Below are positions 1 to 14,709 of a stretch of DNA of 64,000 nt, one piece after another. Where the stretch lies: positions 12,340,001-12,404,000 of the forward strand of contig CM052832.1 of assembly GCA_028534125.1 (NCBI GenBank). The letters run 5' to 3'. Source of the DNA: Lama glama (Eukaryota). Position 1 is the first letter of the stretch, and each line of letters starts with the position of its first letter. The notes under the pieces were generated by a model that searched no databases, was not told the DNA's origin, and saw nothing but the letters and a program-made list of their open reading frames with translations. The position numbers and the translations under genes are program-made.

Positions 1-3000
1 ACAGAGTCCTTCCTCGAAGAGTTACCTACAGTGTATGATACTGACCAATATGTTGGAGTCACTGACTCAAGTCTCTGGGATTAAATGCACCGGTTGAACT
101 GTTTCTATGAATATTAACTCTACCAGGAGATAAAATACACAATTGTAGGTAGTTCTAAGATTTACAGGGCCACCTCTGGTTTAACACTACTACCCTTTAG
201 CTTCTGGATCAATTTGAAAGATCTTATATAAACCTCCTGGTAACATAACGACAATGAAACACGTCCCTTTAACTGGCTTCTGAACACTGATGTGGAAAGT
301 GTTTAGCACATCAATCTTCTCTTAACTCCCAGGTGAAAAGGAGTTTCTACTCTTGTCTTTGTAAGAACAGACAATACTATCACAAGCAGGTTGCCTTAGA
401 AAAGTGAGTCAAGAAAAGATTTGGGGGGAAAAAAGGAAACAATGAATAATACCAGGCTATCTAGTTCATGTCACTGCTCATCACAGTGAAAGGAAAATAG
501 GTGACCCGAAAGGATAAACTTGTGCTTTTGAGAAGAAAAGAGGAGAGAAGAGAAGAGATCAGGCGAGGGATATACAGTTAAGACTGAATTAACATGCTTC
601 TTATAGAGCGGAAAGATGATACTTTCTAGAAAAACCCCCCTTGATGTTTAATGGGACAGTTTCTAGTCCCATCTGCTTTCATCTCAGGCAATACTACAGC
701 TCCCTTATAGCCCCACAAATGGTTATTTTATTTGTTATTCTACCAATTATAATCACATTTTAAACATACACACACCATTTTAAAACCATCATTGTCAAGT
801 TTATCAGGGAGAATACAAAGTTGCTGAAAGAAGAGTACAAGTGAATGCAGTAGTTACGGTCGAGCACAAGTCTGCAGACAGTACCACAAGTATGTAAACC
901 TGTCTATAACTTTTTCTTATTTTAACTTTAGAAATAAAAGGACTATAAAATGAAAAAACAAACAAATAAAAAAGTCATGTAAGAGAGGTAAACTAGGGAA
1001 GGAGCAGCAATTTCCTTTTTTTTTCATATGCTAAAAAGTCAGTCTTGATAAACTCAACCTAGGGCCCAGAGCTAAGAGATGGTTAACGCCCCACTTGGAA
1101 GGTGCAAGTTTCCCAATGGGTTGGTCACTGTTAAGGATCCTGCTCCAGAACCAGACTATTTCTCTAAGGAAATTTAAGACAAGACATGGTTCTATTACAG
1201 CTTAAATTTTACGTTTCATTAATAGCAAGCTGTGATAAATAAAATACAAAACAACTTATTTCTTTTGCTATAACTCTCTGTAATTTAAGTCTTATGGGAA
1301 AATAGGTTACATAACATGTCTTTCAATAAGAAATCCTAAGAAAACAAACCTCTCTCCTTCCCCACAAGACACTTTAAACATATATGATCTTATGAAGATA
1401 TTCACCTAAATATTCAAATACATTCCATATGAAGTTGTCTAAAGGAGATGCCTATAGCTCAGAATACAACGTTTCGGCTTAAGGTATAACGTGATACTTA
1501 GAAAAAATGAAAGGACAAGAGGGAATCTTCCAGTGGTTTGTTGCCAAAGAAAGCGAACTCTTTCCTTCACAATATACTTGTTCTTGGCAGGAATGTTTTG
1601 AGAATGAACAAGGGAACATGTGCCAAATATTCTGAGCTCTTGAAGAAATGTAAGCTCTCTCTAGTAATCTGAAGGTGTGATATACTTTAACTCTCACATT
1701 TTAACCAAAAGCAACCTGGGACTTGGCAGCACTTTTCAGCTCTTTGCTGACTCCAGACATCCTGGAGCTCTATAAAGCCACATGCCTTTAGTTAATTTTT
1801 CTCTCTTAAACATCAGAACAATCATGATGCCGTTGTAGTTCTCCATCTAAAGATTACACAGACTGTAACTGTTAATAGTGCTGTGACTAAAAGCCATCAT
1901 CTAAAGCCTCTCCCGCCTAGCTCACAAACACGAACTGACCTTTCATTTGCCACTACTGCTACTTTTTGCAATCTGCTTCTTAGACTCACAGTTATCACAA
2001 AACAACTTCTTCAGAAGTCCCTTCTCTCGTTTTGAGGGCTGCAGACCAGCCACTCTGCATTGCTGTCTTCCTCTCTAAATTACAATACCCTCTGATCAAA
2101 CAGTAGTCACCCGAGATGCAGACACTAATCAACCATTCAGGGTACATTCAGGCCTTGACTTATTATAACCACATAATAATGAGTCCAATGCTAATCTATA
2201 GATCTAATTTTCAAAGTGCTAAAAAGAAAATGGCCTACATATATTTGTATGTGAATATATAATATAATATGTATATATTTGTTAGTTTTAAATTATATAT
2301 ATGGGCTAATACGTAATTATGAAACAAATCTGCAAAACAGAAATTTTAAAAGACCGAGATAAAGAGCTTTTACAATTTTCCCTCCATATCTTACAGACTG
2401 TACATTGTATGCACTTCTTCAGAAACTGCTGATTTAAAGAACCACTATATTCTAGCCTAAGTATCCTTTCTCTAACACACATCATTATTAGATTGGAGGC
2501 TGCTTTAGGTTCAAACTTGTATGGACAGATTGACTGGGAAGGGGTCTGTAAGATCTAATTCAGAGGGCCTTACTCTATGGCTCCTAAGAAACTACAACAC
2601 ACTAAGGTAATTATTTACTGATCAGCTATGCCCGAAGCCCTGTGCTCTGCAAGATCTCTGGGAGAGCCACTGTTACTGTGCCCCTCCTGGAGGAAGCACC
2701 AAAGAGCATATGTGTAAGGCCTGACTTCTACTCTTGAAGAATCTAGACATTAGAAATGCAAAAACACTTAAGCAAGGTAACACTAATAAGCGGTGATGGT
2801 TAACAAGAAAAGTGCTCAGAATCCCCACCATGGGCAACTTGTAGATTCCAGGACAAGCAGAAAGATGGAGACAAAGACAGTCATCAGCCTGTGGTTCTCA
2901 AAGCAAATCATTTAATTTACCTCTGAAAATCAGGAAGCTCTGTCCTCTAAGGTCAGGGCCATTATTTAAGGCTATGGCAGCAGGCTAGCTCAAGGAGCCT

Positions 3001-3789
3001 GAGGGGGCACAGACCAGCTACTCGAGAAGAAGTGCAACAAGCCGAACTTGGTGACCTTTAATGTCCACGGTGAGATATTTCAACTTTCCTTCAGGCTTTT
3101 TAGGAGATAACCTGCATATTGCATTAACTTCCTTCCAAGTCAGAAATTCTCAATCTTTTTCTAGTTAGGAGGGATGTATTCACCTAAAAGAAGCCCTGAA
3201 AATGTGAGCCTGAGTGCTCAATGTCTTGCTTATCATTCCACTTATGGAGACCTAAAAACATTACCTTCAGCTCCTATTTAACACTGATATGCAACAAAGA
3301 AAGTGATCAACATAAAATCAATTAATGAAGCTAGGTATGGCAATGCATTTTGGTACTTCTAATCTACTCCCTTCTGCCTAAAATACCTACTGATGTGTTA
3401 TCAACACTATCTAATGATTGGCCACTGTACACACATAATCTTTAATGATAAGATTATAAGAGCAGCTAACCATTATTGAAGATCTATAATATGAGCTTTA
3501 TATGTATTATTTCTTTTCTTACATCAACCTATGAGATTTATCTCCTCATTTGACAGATGAAGAACAAATTTTGAGATGTTAACCTATTAAAATCACATTT
3601 TGTAAATGGCGGCTACGCTAGAGTCTAAAACCATATCTGCCTCTAGAACTCATATTTTAAAAACTACATCATGCTGTATTTCCAAATCTGTTTCTCTTTC
3701 TCATATTTCTTCACATTTCATTCAATGATATGCTTCATACTGTCCAGTTAGGAGTATAGGTAACTATAAAATGTGATAAAAAGTAACAT

Positions 3790-4030
3790 TATGTAGTAGA
3801 AAACAACACAGGCTTTAGGAGCTGAAGGCTCTGTGTTCAAGTACTGGTTCTATTACTTACTAGCAATATTACTCTAGGAAATTCACTTAACTTTCTGAGT
3901 GCCTGTTTTTGTCACCTGTAAAAGAAGAATAACCATCTTGCAGAACTGTTCTGAAGATTAACAGTTCATGTATATAAAGACTGAATGGTGCCTGGTAATG
4001 TAGTGATAAGCATGCAATAACTGCTATTAT
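3790..4030 (+). mobile_element. MIR SINE
   Basis: gttcaagtactggttctattacttactagc...ttcacttaactttctgagtgcctgtttttgtcacctgtaaaag (MIR core). Confidence 0.7.
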
Positions 4031-6338
4031 TATTTCTAGACACACAAAATAGTATGGAAGCAGAATGGATGAAACAGATCTGCCTAGAAGATGAAGGACA
4101 CAAGTACAACATATTCAGGAAGGGTTCCTACTAGTGTCAGTGTCTAAGATGAAAGCATGAATCTCTTTCCTAAATCTCTCAGGATGACCCAGTGTACTTG
4201 AGACTCACTCCTTGACTGCTACCTGAACATGCTGGTAGTGCTAACAGTAAGCCCTGCCCTGAGGGCCAAGACTGGAAGGAAAAAAGAAAGATTAAAGTAC
4301 ACTGTATGTGTGAAGCGCTTGGCCTGAAATCAAAGCTCTCTAAATGTTTTCAAGCTTCTGGCTGGAACGAGTAAGAAGATGGCTCTTGGACCTCCCACTG
4401 GCTAAGCAGGATGCTCTGTCTCACTCCAGGGCACAGTTCTCTTCTACCTCAATCAGGAACTACCCAGTGAAGCTTGGGTACTGGGCACAGGAGGGATGAG
4501 AGCACGTCAAGACTATCTCACACAAACTGCCTCAAAATTGGTCGTTTGGAACAGGAGTAAAATTAAGTTCCTCAGAGTTCAGTGCCTGGATGTTACTTTA
4601 AAACCATGCACGGACAGGCCTGTTTGAGGTTCGCGTCAAAACTGTGAGCATTTAGGATTCTTCCCCAGTTTCTGGCAGCTCCACAGCCGCCTGGGCCAAG
4701 TGTCCAAACCGGGCAGGAGTGCAGCATCACCCTTGGTGGCATCAGGAGCGGCAAGCACACCTTCCAGGGCTTTCTAAGCAGCAGTGTGAGGACCAGCAGA
4801 GAGAAAAGGTTCTATATTTCACAAGTCAACACTGTCTGCCTCCCCACTTCCCCATCCTCATCATCTTTTTCTTTTTTTAATATGTATTGACACATTAGTT
4901 GTCTAGTTCTTCATAGTGAATGTTTTTTAGATCTGACATCTCTACTGACTTGCAATTTGAACTTTAGTGTTATTACTGAAAATTGTCTCTGAGTTTGATA
5001 AACTCTTTCCCCAATGATGTTACTATTTTTCAATGAACAGATTTACTACCAGTTTGTGAGTTATAGAGTCTTGAATGAAAAATGAAAAAATTTTTCTGAC
5101 TAATTAGATACCTATAATAATTGAACATATAAATACTGTTTCAGTGGAAGAGTTTTGTTTTGTTTTGTTTTAATAAGCAGAATTTCAAGAAAGAATGTTT
5201 GGTAAGATTTGAAACTTACAAACTCTTGAAGTATCATTTAATATTAACCTCTCAAAGGTTTTCCCTTTAAAATATGCAGTTAACTTTTTTCCCTATTTAC
5301 TCATGAGAAATTAGATCTTATGAAATGGAAGAAAATACATTTAATGTCAAAGAAATAAATAAACCCCTCTAGTTGTTGCAGCTTATTGTTTCTTGAAATG
5401 AATTACCTGAACAGCCAAAAAGTTAACAAAAAAGTTCTTGGTGATTTAAAAAAAAAAAACAAAAACCATGAGCAGTTTAAAGGGGCTGAGGTTTCAGTGT
5501 GAGTCCGTACACAGAGATAGTTTGGTGCTATTTCTGCTGGGGAGTTAAAAGGACTTTTTAAGATATGAAAAACACTTCGTGACCTTTAGAAAAACAATAT
5601 AATTATTCTGACTCTTCCAAATACAATCCTTAAAATAACTTTAAATAGCAAGCAGCATTATTTAAAAAGGCAAATATTGTTTAAAATAAATTAAGCTCCA
5701 GGGTAAGGGAGCAATGGGCATTATGAGCGCTCTTTAGAGAAATACAAGATTCATGACTTCATGCTTAATATAAATGTCACAAATACAAAGATTTTTTTTT
5801 TGAGGACTCCTTGTATCTGAAAAGAATGATTTCAGTACACCTCATGGTTTTAAGATGAATGAAAGAAGATAATTTTCTACAATTATTAGGATACTATAGT
5901 AGTCAAGTTAAAACACTGATTATCTATACAACAACTTCTTTTGTCCTCCAGCCTCCATTATATAAATAATGTTTTTATTTTTTTAGTAGGTCTAAGACTT
6001 AGACAAATTAGCCATATGCTAGAATCTAGGCAGTGATTTGGATTTTCTGTAATGGTTCGGGTCTTAATAATATTCTTCGGACATTAGGAAGCAGGTAAAT
6101 TCTGATGTCCACTTTCTTGGTTCTAGCTCCCAGCATTAACTCAATCTGACCTCCAACAGCACACACCACTGACCTCTGCTCACATTCCACTCCTAATACT
6201 AAGCACATAATACATCACTTCACAAATGATGGAAGAAATTAGAGAGTACTCTGGCAAGGACACTACGTTAAAGCCAGTAGCTAATGCCTGTGAATAATTC
6301 AGGTAAGAATGAGTCCAAGATAAGAATGATGTACGTAC

Positions 6339-6404
6339 CTGTACCACAGGATCTTTTGGTTGGGGTGATTAACGAGACATGAGCTGTATCTGTGCATGGC
6401 CCAC
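6339..6404 (-). CDS. ZFAND3: ZFAND3 internal coding exon (probably exon 4), 66 nt, phase 1-1
   Basis: Minus strand reads cctttctgtttctag|GTGGGCCATGCACAGATACAGCTCATGTCTCGTTAATCACCCCAACCAAAAGATCCTGTGGTACAG|gtacgt. It encodes (C)GPCTDTAHVSLITPTKRSCGT(D), continuing in frame from the 25187 exon (split codon T|GT = Cys). Too short for the ORF track. Confidence 0.96.
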
Positions 6405-9400
6405 CTAGAAACAGAAAGGCAGGCACATCAGTCAGGACATACCCTTTATGTGCCCACAGCTGCTATCTTTAGAGAAACGTAAAGAGGTAAAGACCAACCT
6501 GTAAATATGCATAAGGATAGGTAGCAGGAAAGATGGAGGTGGTGGTGGTTCAGTAATTTAGTCTACAGACCCATATTCTTTCTACATTATAACGTGCTTT
6601 TCATAAAAAATAATCAAGACTCACATAATGTTAAGATGTTAAAGGACAAAATTTTAACTAGAATTCTGATCTGGTTAAGAGTAAATTACCCATAAGTTTG
6701 AAGAGATGAGCCTGTTCACAGAACAATAAGCAGGAGTGCCCATTCCTATGTTTATCTCAGTGGTCACCCTACCTTTGAATTTATTGTAAAACTGACCTTA
6801 TTTAAAAGGGGGGTACTTCCTAAAGAACAAACTGCTTGCCAGAAGAAATAATAATTATTTTAATATATAAAGACAGCACTGCTGACTACGGAAGAATATC
6901 TAGTTTAACTGTAAGAATATGGTATGAAAAGGGCCTTCATGGAATCTTTTTGGGCCCAGAGGTCTGATGGAGAGGTATAATTCAAGAGTATGCAAGAGAT
7001 ATAGTCAGTCAGTGGGTAAAGGCTTGAAAAGCAATCGTTCTATTCTGCAGAATCAGGACCATCAACAAATTCTTAAGTTGATAAGATAAGATAACTATGC
7101 CCTACCTGCTGAAATAGAAGTTACTGTATGAACATGAAGACCATCAGTTCTTGACATACCCTGGGAGGGGCAGTGGTGATGATAATTAAGGAAAGGACAC
7201 ACAGGCAAAAGTTACACATATATTTTGAAAAGGCTCCCCAGGTGACTATAACTAGCAAAGGGAAAAATGATTACTTAGCATAGCTGTATATCACCTATGA
7301 CAAGACTTCATATCATGAAGTTACTTATCAAAAAGGAAGGAAAGATGAAAGAACTTGGGAGACCTGTTTCTTGAGTTTATGCCACCAAGATCCATGGATT
7401 TAGGGGCCTTGAGATCCCACCTAAGATCATCATTAGTTTACTGTTTCCTACACCCAGGCCATAACAGCAGCAAACCTTAGTGTGTGTAAGACCCAGGGGA
7501 AAATAGGAAAAGAGAGGAAAACTAAGTGAGTGTGCTGTTAATGTCAAAGAGCACTTAGCAAATACCTACTATGTGCCACCACGGGTATCCTCAAGGAGCT
7601 TATAATCTTATTAGAAAGACAAAATCTGCATATTTAAACAAAGAACAATACCTGACAGCGGTAAAGAACCAGATGGAAAATGATCAAGTGCCAAAGAATA
7701 TGGAACAAGTAATAAATGCTAAATGTAATCAAGAAAGAGGATATTCATCATTGGCTGGCATCATCTGAAAATACTCCTCAAGAATTTTAAAATGAGGCAG
7801 GAATAAATTAAAAGTTAGAAAGACCAAAAGAGCAGGGCAATTCAATTGAAAATTTTTCTACAAATGTCGCATTCACCAGAGAAAGCTTAACACACTAAAA
7901 TTCCAGAGGTCCAAAGGGGCACCTGTAACATGAAAATAAACAACATGGGGAGACAATGAGCTGCAAGAAAACCTAATATAAACCCCACATCCTTGAAATC
8001 CTCTGGGCACTATCATCTGTAACTCCATAAAATGCTGTAACTCCTGCTTCTATATGTATTTTGGTTTGGTTGGATTGTTTGTTTGGGGGCCTTTTTTGTT
8101 GTTACATGAAGCATTCTTATTTCTGGGACTGTAAGAAGTTAAATACTGCAACTACTCTCTTCTCACTGAGTAATCCTGGATAAGAGAGCCTCAGTTTCTT
8201 TATCAAAAAATGGGGATAGTAGAAGTGCCCATAAGCCACAGTGCTAATGAGATGAGCTGTACAAAAAGACTTCATACACTATAAAGCTTTGTATTATGTA
8301 TCTTCACTTTCTCTCCCACAAGATTTTATGATCCCAAGGGTCAAGACCCACTCCATCATCTACTCTTGGGTCACGACTATATGGACAAAGGACACTTAAT
8401 GGTGTTCATTTAGTGACCACTACAAGCCTCTTTACTGAATCAGGAGAGTAATGTACATTTTTTTTAAAACCCCTTTTTATTGAAGCTTAACAGAAAGAGA
8501 ATGAAATACTAGAATGAAGTGCACAAATCTTATATACATACCCTGAAGGGTTTTAACATATACACACTTGTATAACAGTCATCAAATATTAGAACATTTT
8601 AGAAAAATATTAGAACATTTCCATAATCCAGAAAGTTCAAGGGAGCATTTTAAAAGTACAGAGTCCCAGATTCTGACTTGGAAATGTTGATGTAATAGGC
8701 TGGGATGGGCACAGGAAGAGATTAGTGTACATTTTCAAGCCTGCTGAGCACAATGTAAATATTAACAGCCCAGTTAGTTACAATCTCTGATAACACTTTT
8801 AACTCCCAGCTCAATATATAGCCAAGATCATGAGTTCATGCAACATCATGAGCCACACAAAACACAAGAGTCAGTAATAGTTTAACTGCCAGAATACTTT
8901 TTTAAAGAGGACATGAAATAATTCACCCAGTACAATTATAAAAGAGAGAAACTGGTTAAATCAAAACCCCTAAAGAAATCTGGCTGAGACTTATGGGTTA
9001 ACACGCCCATGTTTACAAATGCAATCTTTATCTCATCTGTAGGTTAAGAGTAGTCTACCCTTTTGAAAATTCCTAATGAATGAATTTCTGTAGGTTTTGG
9101 CAAATATGCAAATAACTTTAAGGCTACCTAGCATATCTCAACATGCATCATCATGAAAGTGTTCTCCAGAGAGCTTGTTAAACTAACAATCCAATCCAAT
9201 GTATTCACTACATTAAAGTACAAATAGAACCATAGTCGAGCCAAAACAAATTGACAGCAAGAGTAACTGGCAGTGATAATATATCCCAGCTTTGATAATT
9301 GGACAATATTATAAACAGAGAGCTTAGAATTAAGTTTGGTCTGGCAGACTATAACCTACAGAACTCTTTAAAATCCAGAATAGATGCACATGAGCACTAC

Positions 9401-9866
9401 ACATATATTCTATACTACTTGTGCTGTCATATAATATCCCTATACTTTCAAATAAAAGGAGTAGCCACAGGAGATTATGATATCCACCCTTATACAATTA
9501 ATTATAAATCAACTCTGTTAAAATGAATGCAGGAAATTAAAGGCCACTCAAGGGGAACCTTTTCAGGTTTTTGTCCAAGAGCAGAAAAATGTAACAGGAG
9601 TCCTATGTGGGTATAGCAAACAAAGTAATTTTGAGAGTGGAAGGTAAGGGTCAAAGTCAGGGCATGTGTTCCATCAAAGAATGGAGCTGGCTAATGCCTG
9701 AGAGAAGAGCTGGCATATGGTCACATAAATCACTGTAAACTCTGCTCCTATTTTTGGCCTTTGTTCCTTTTCTTTCCAAGCAGCAGGGGGGACAGTGCTA
9801 ATAACTGAATAGCAAGATGAAGAAGCCTCTTCATGACTGAGTTCTACAGGTGAAAGTAGGGATGTA

Positions 9867-9910
9867 GTGTGTGTGCACGCACGTGTGCATGTGCATGTAT
9901 GTGTGTGTAC
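9867..9910. repeat. Alternating purine-pyrimidine tract (GT/GC/AT mix)
   Basis: gtgtgtgtgcacgcacgtgtgcatgtgcatgtatgtgtgtgtac. Confidence 0.85.
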
Positions 9911-11589
9911 GATGGGATCCAGGCTGGGAAAATAAATGCATTTCTAAGAACAGAACAACTCACACCATTACCCTCTAGCCTATATTAGCAGCAACTGAGT
10001 TTAGAACAGTGTAAGTTTGGGGTTGTTAAATATTAAAAATAAATCACAGCTAAAGTTTCTTGCTTAATATGAAAGGTTCTCTAGGAATTCTGAACCAGAT
10101 GGTATCAAGATTAATCAACCTGAACTTTTAGCCAATCACCATGAGTGCTTTCTGCTTTCTTTTGCTAAAGCAAAGTTAAATATCTGAACTTCGAGTTTCT
10201 TCATTATCTGAAGATATTTAATAACAGACTATCATTTTTCATTTTGTATTACATTCAGGACTTTTCTTAAGTTCCAACAATTCAGAATCTGGAATTGCAA
10301 GTAAATAATGTCTGAGGTAGCTTGTGGTTTGTGACCGTAAGTCTGAATACTCTATTTTGTCTTCTAGGGATGTTTCTATTCTTGTATTAAAGGTGTCATA
10401 CATAATGCAGCACTATGGATCGCATTTGCAATTCCACATGAGAGCCATGAAATGAACATTTCCAGCTGTATTCCCAACAACTAGAAATTTTTATAGCTTT
10501 TGCAACAGGGTAGTGGATTTTCTTGGGGAAACAGTACTGATCTCAACCCTGTAAAGTTGAAGACAGGAGTCAAATCTGCATACTAACTTACTTCACTATA
10601 ACCTGCAAAACCAGAAGGACTGAATAAAGCTATTTTGTTAACTATCAATGTTCACATTTCAAGCTGAAGTGGCAGGAATCTTAATTTTTCTTTTTCAGCC
10701 TACTGTAGAGTTACTGAGCATGTCAAAAAACCCTGAACTGCCAATGTACTAGTCAATCCAATAGACAGACTGGTTAAAAACTGTGACTCAGTTGAAAGAA
10801 GAGAACACAGGTGTGGAGGGCAGTTGCACTTACGCTCATGATAATCTTAAGTACTCAAAATATAAGGCTGAGTAAATACAGAAAAATAGTATTTCTCTTT
10901 AACCTTGAAAATAGAGATGAACAATCTACCCAGAAAGGTTTTGTTAAAACAGCTGTGGTAAGTGGTTATATTTGGCTCCTGGTTCCACAAGCCCTCATTG
11001 GCTGCAGTTGTATCATGTGCTAAACCACATCAATTAGGAAAAATGGACTGTCAAGGAGTCAGTCAGCTTAAAATTGCCAGAAGCTCAATAACCAAACAAA
11101 TATTCTACTATCAGCTCTTTCATGGTAACTGCAAAACATTAATACACAAAAATAGTCATCCCTTTTGCAGATTTATAACACTTCAATATTCTTGCTTAAT
11201 TAACAGACATTTACATAACAGTATCTAATTAATTTCCAACTAAAGGCACTGTGGGCTAATTAGAAATGCATCATCCTTTTTTAACCAGCTTGTCAATTCC
11301 ACTCTACATAATCTGTACATTGTTTACCTTTGCAGCATCTCACTTTTCCAGGCTCACTGTTGAAAAGGTGGTTTCAGAAAACAGATGCAAGAGCCACAAT
11401 TGTCCCCCTAATCTAAAGATTCATAATATCATATGGACTATTTTTTGATGAGGCATCTTTTAAAAAAATCTATGCAATGGAGATAGTGAAATAAACTATT
11501 CTACACTGTCTCCTGATGTGGTCATATTAAGAATGCAAAACTATCTTTTAAAAATATTCAAAGAATCCATATTTTTTCAACAATAAAAC

Positions 11590-12090
11590 NNNNNNNNNNN
11601 NNNNNNNNNNNNNNNNNNNNNNNNNNNNNNNNNNNNNNNNNNNNNNNNNNNNNNNNNNNNNNNNNNNNNNNNNNNNNNNNNNNNNNNNNNNNNNNNNNNN
11701 NNNNNNNNNNNNNNNNNNNNNNNNNNNNNNNNNNNNNNNNNNNNNNNNNNNNNNNNNNNNNNNNNNNNNNNNNNNNNNNNNNNNNNNNNNNNNNNNNNNN
11801 NNNNNNNNNNNNNNNNNNNNNNNNNNNNNNNNNNNNNNNNNNNNNNNNNNNNNNNNNNNNNNNNNNNNNNNNNNNNNNNNNNNNNNNNNNNNNNNNNNNN
11901 NNNNNNNNNNNNNNNNNNNNNNNNNNNNNNNNNNNNNNNNNNNNNNNNNNNNNNNNNNNNNNNNNNNNNNNNNNNNNNNNNNNNNNNNNNNNNNNNNNNN
12001 NNNNNNNNNNNNNNNNNNNNNNNNNNNNNNNNNNNNNNNNNNNNNNNNNNNNNNNNNNNNNNNNNNNNNNNNNNNNNNNNNNNNNNNNNT
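11590..12090. other. Assembly gap (501 N)
   Basis: Run of N characters. Confidence 1.
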
Positions 12091-12134
12091 TAGTAAACAG
12101 CTGGTTTTCAGCATATTTAGATGTTAATTTAGCA

Positions 12135-12556
12135 TAGTAGTCCTCAAACATTTTGGTCTTAGGACTCTCTTACACTTAAAAATTATTAAGGATACAAAAG
12201 AGTTTTCAGTTATGTGGGTTGTATCTACTGATAACATATCTAGAAATTAAAACTGAAAAAATTTTTAATCTTCATTTAAAGTTAAGGAAAATAATTATAT
12301 GTCAACATAAAAACATTGTTTTATGAAAAGTAACTACAAATTTTTTTTAAATGTGTGCAGCCTGGCTTAAAGGAAAAAATTTGGGTTTTCATATCTGCAT
12401 TCAGTCTTTTACAATGTATTGCTTATATGATGCATATGAAGAAGAACCACCTTCACACAGATACACGTAAGTCAGAAAAGGAAAGGATCCAGTGGACCCC
12501 ATGAATGGGTCCTGGGAACCTCTACAGGTTCGTAGAACACACTTTGAGAACCACTG
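12135..12556. mobile_element. hAT-Charlie DNA transposon relic (Charlie1-like)
   Basis: tagtagtcctcaaacattttggtcttaggactctcttacacttaaaaattattaagga... and ...cacactttgagaaccactg terminal inverted repeat. Confidence 0.7.
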
Positions 12557-14709
12557 GTACAGAACAAAACAGGTTAATATAATTTCCTATTTTCCACACT
12601 TTGCTCACATGCCAACTGACTTAATCCAATCTCGTAGAGACCAATCAACACACTAGTATAAATAATACTAAAAGGTTTGCCTATTCTCAACAAAATGTTG
12701 ATATTTAAATAAATAAGGCCAAGAGACAGTGGAATAAACTCTACAGTTATAATTTCAACCCAACACATTCTATTTCTGCTGCTTATGAGTAAAACAAGTT
12801 TCATGGAACTCAAAGGATTCTAAGCAGTTAAATCTGTTTAATTTCAGTTTTCCAGATGTAACCTCTTACCTAGAGACCTTATGACTAAAATAGTCTCCCA
12901 TATATTAAGGAACTGACAAAGAGTCACCACCAGCAACTCCAAAATGTGCTAAAGCCCAACAGCAACTAACACTGAAATTCTAAGACACCATCACCTTGAG
13001 GTTCAAAACTAGAAAGAACCCTTTTTTGAGGTCAAAATATCGCCTGCATGGTGGAGTCAGTTCTAGTTTTAGATACTTTCGTTTCTCTCTGTGACAAAGC
13101 GTATTTAATATGGATATGAAATCGGGAGCTGTCAGTTCTCCAATTTAGATCTCAGTTCTTACTATTTACAGGCTTAACTAAGGCCCAACTCAGATTTCTG
13201 TATTTGCATTTTACCATCAACATGAGCATGAATCTCATAACATTAATGAAGAAACCACTCAGCATTAGAAGAGCTTTTATTTTTTTGATATAGTCAGCTA
13301 TCAAGAGTGTTTTCATAAATCTCAGCCTGTGTCAGCAACTGAAAGGCTGCAATGCTTTCCTCAGAAAAGGAAGTGACTTGTGCAAATACTTCATAAGAGG
13401 CTTCAGAGAAAATAGAAAGATACATTCATTTAGGCCACAGGTATTGCCCCGTGGAAATTTAAAGTGAATTCTGAACATAGGTGCCGTTCTATGACCCTTT
13501 GCTAGGCCTCTCCTACAAGCAGCTGAACACAGCTGGCAACATGTTCAAAGTGACAATAACTAAAAGGAATCTTAGTCCAACCTCCTTGTTTTATAGAAGT
13601 AAACACTAGCAGGTCTTAACAATAGAACCTTTCTTTGTAAATAATAGTTGAAAATGTCAAAATTATGTAAAAAAGTGCTTAAATGATACTTTGGAATTTT
13701 TAAAAAACTCCCTACCAATGTGACATCCTACTCTTTTTAACAAATCTAAAGAATCATCCTTTTGACAGATCCAAAAGTGAAATGGTTTATGAAGCAACAG
13801 AACACATGAACATAAAATGTAAAGTTTTATGTAGTCATTTTTTGGCATTGGCAGCTCTGAATTTTCAGAGAGAAGTTCACAAACACAATTAAAATATATT
13901 CACATAAGGTTAAAATAACTACTTCCAACATACCCAAATAGATGCACCTATTATAATATGATTTTTTCAGCTGAACACTTCTGTCATAATAAAGCTTAGA
14001 TTTACTTTAAAATCAGCACAGTGTCACCTATTACCTGCATTAACACAAAATAAAAACAATATGACAACTTGCAAAGAGCTAAAGCTATGTGAAGTGTGGT
14101 TGTTGGCTGTGACCTTTACTTTCACAGCCAAGGATAGAGCATTTCATTTAATAAGAACATAAAAAAATCTGCATTTGCAAAGAGGGGGCAGTGATGATGC
14201 TGCTTCAAAATCTAGTATGAATATCAATAACTGTATAATCTCATAAATGCCTGAGGAAACCTTTATGGGAAGCTAACCTTTCAGATTTGCAGACTTCTCA
14301 AGGAATCTCTGGATGTTTAAAGTTTCCCAGCCTTCCCTCTTGCAAAGGGAATCTTGAAGGGGAAAATTCAGGTGATAAAAGAAATACCCATGAGTAAAAA
14401 CTGTTATCCACAAAAGGCAAGTGGCTATTTGCACAGTTTAAACAAACAGACAATCTCTCATTATACTAAAAGCTCTGTTAAAAGAGATGAATTTTTACCA
14501 CAAGGCAACCAAATTTCAAAATCTGGTAGGGAAATTGTCTTTTTGAGTTGCATCATCTTGAGGTTTTTGAATGGTACAGAAAATAACGAAAGAATATTAA
14601 GAAACTACTCAAAATCAGGTTTAGGCAATGAAAGTCTGTCTCTCTTTAATGTATCAAAATACATGAAGTAGGCTCCAAAAAGTAAATTAGTAAACTTCTC
14701 TAAATATTT

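Noticed and set aside
11548..12151. Long ORFs of 188 and 197 aa
   Set aside because: Artefacts of the N gap.
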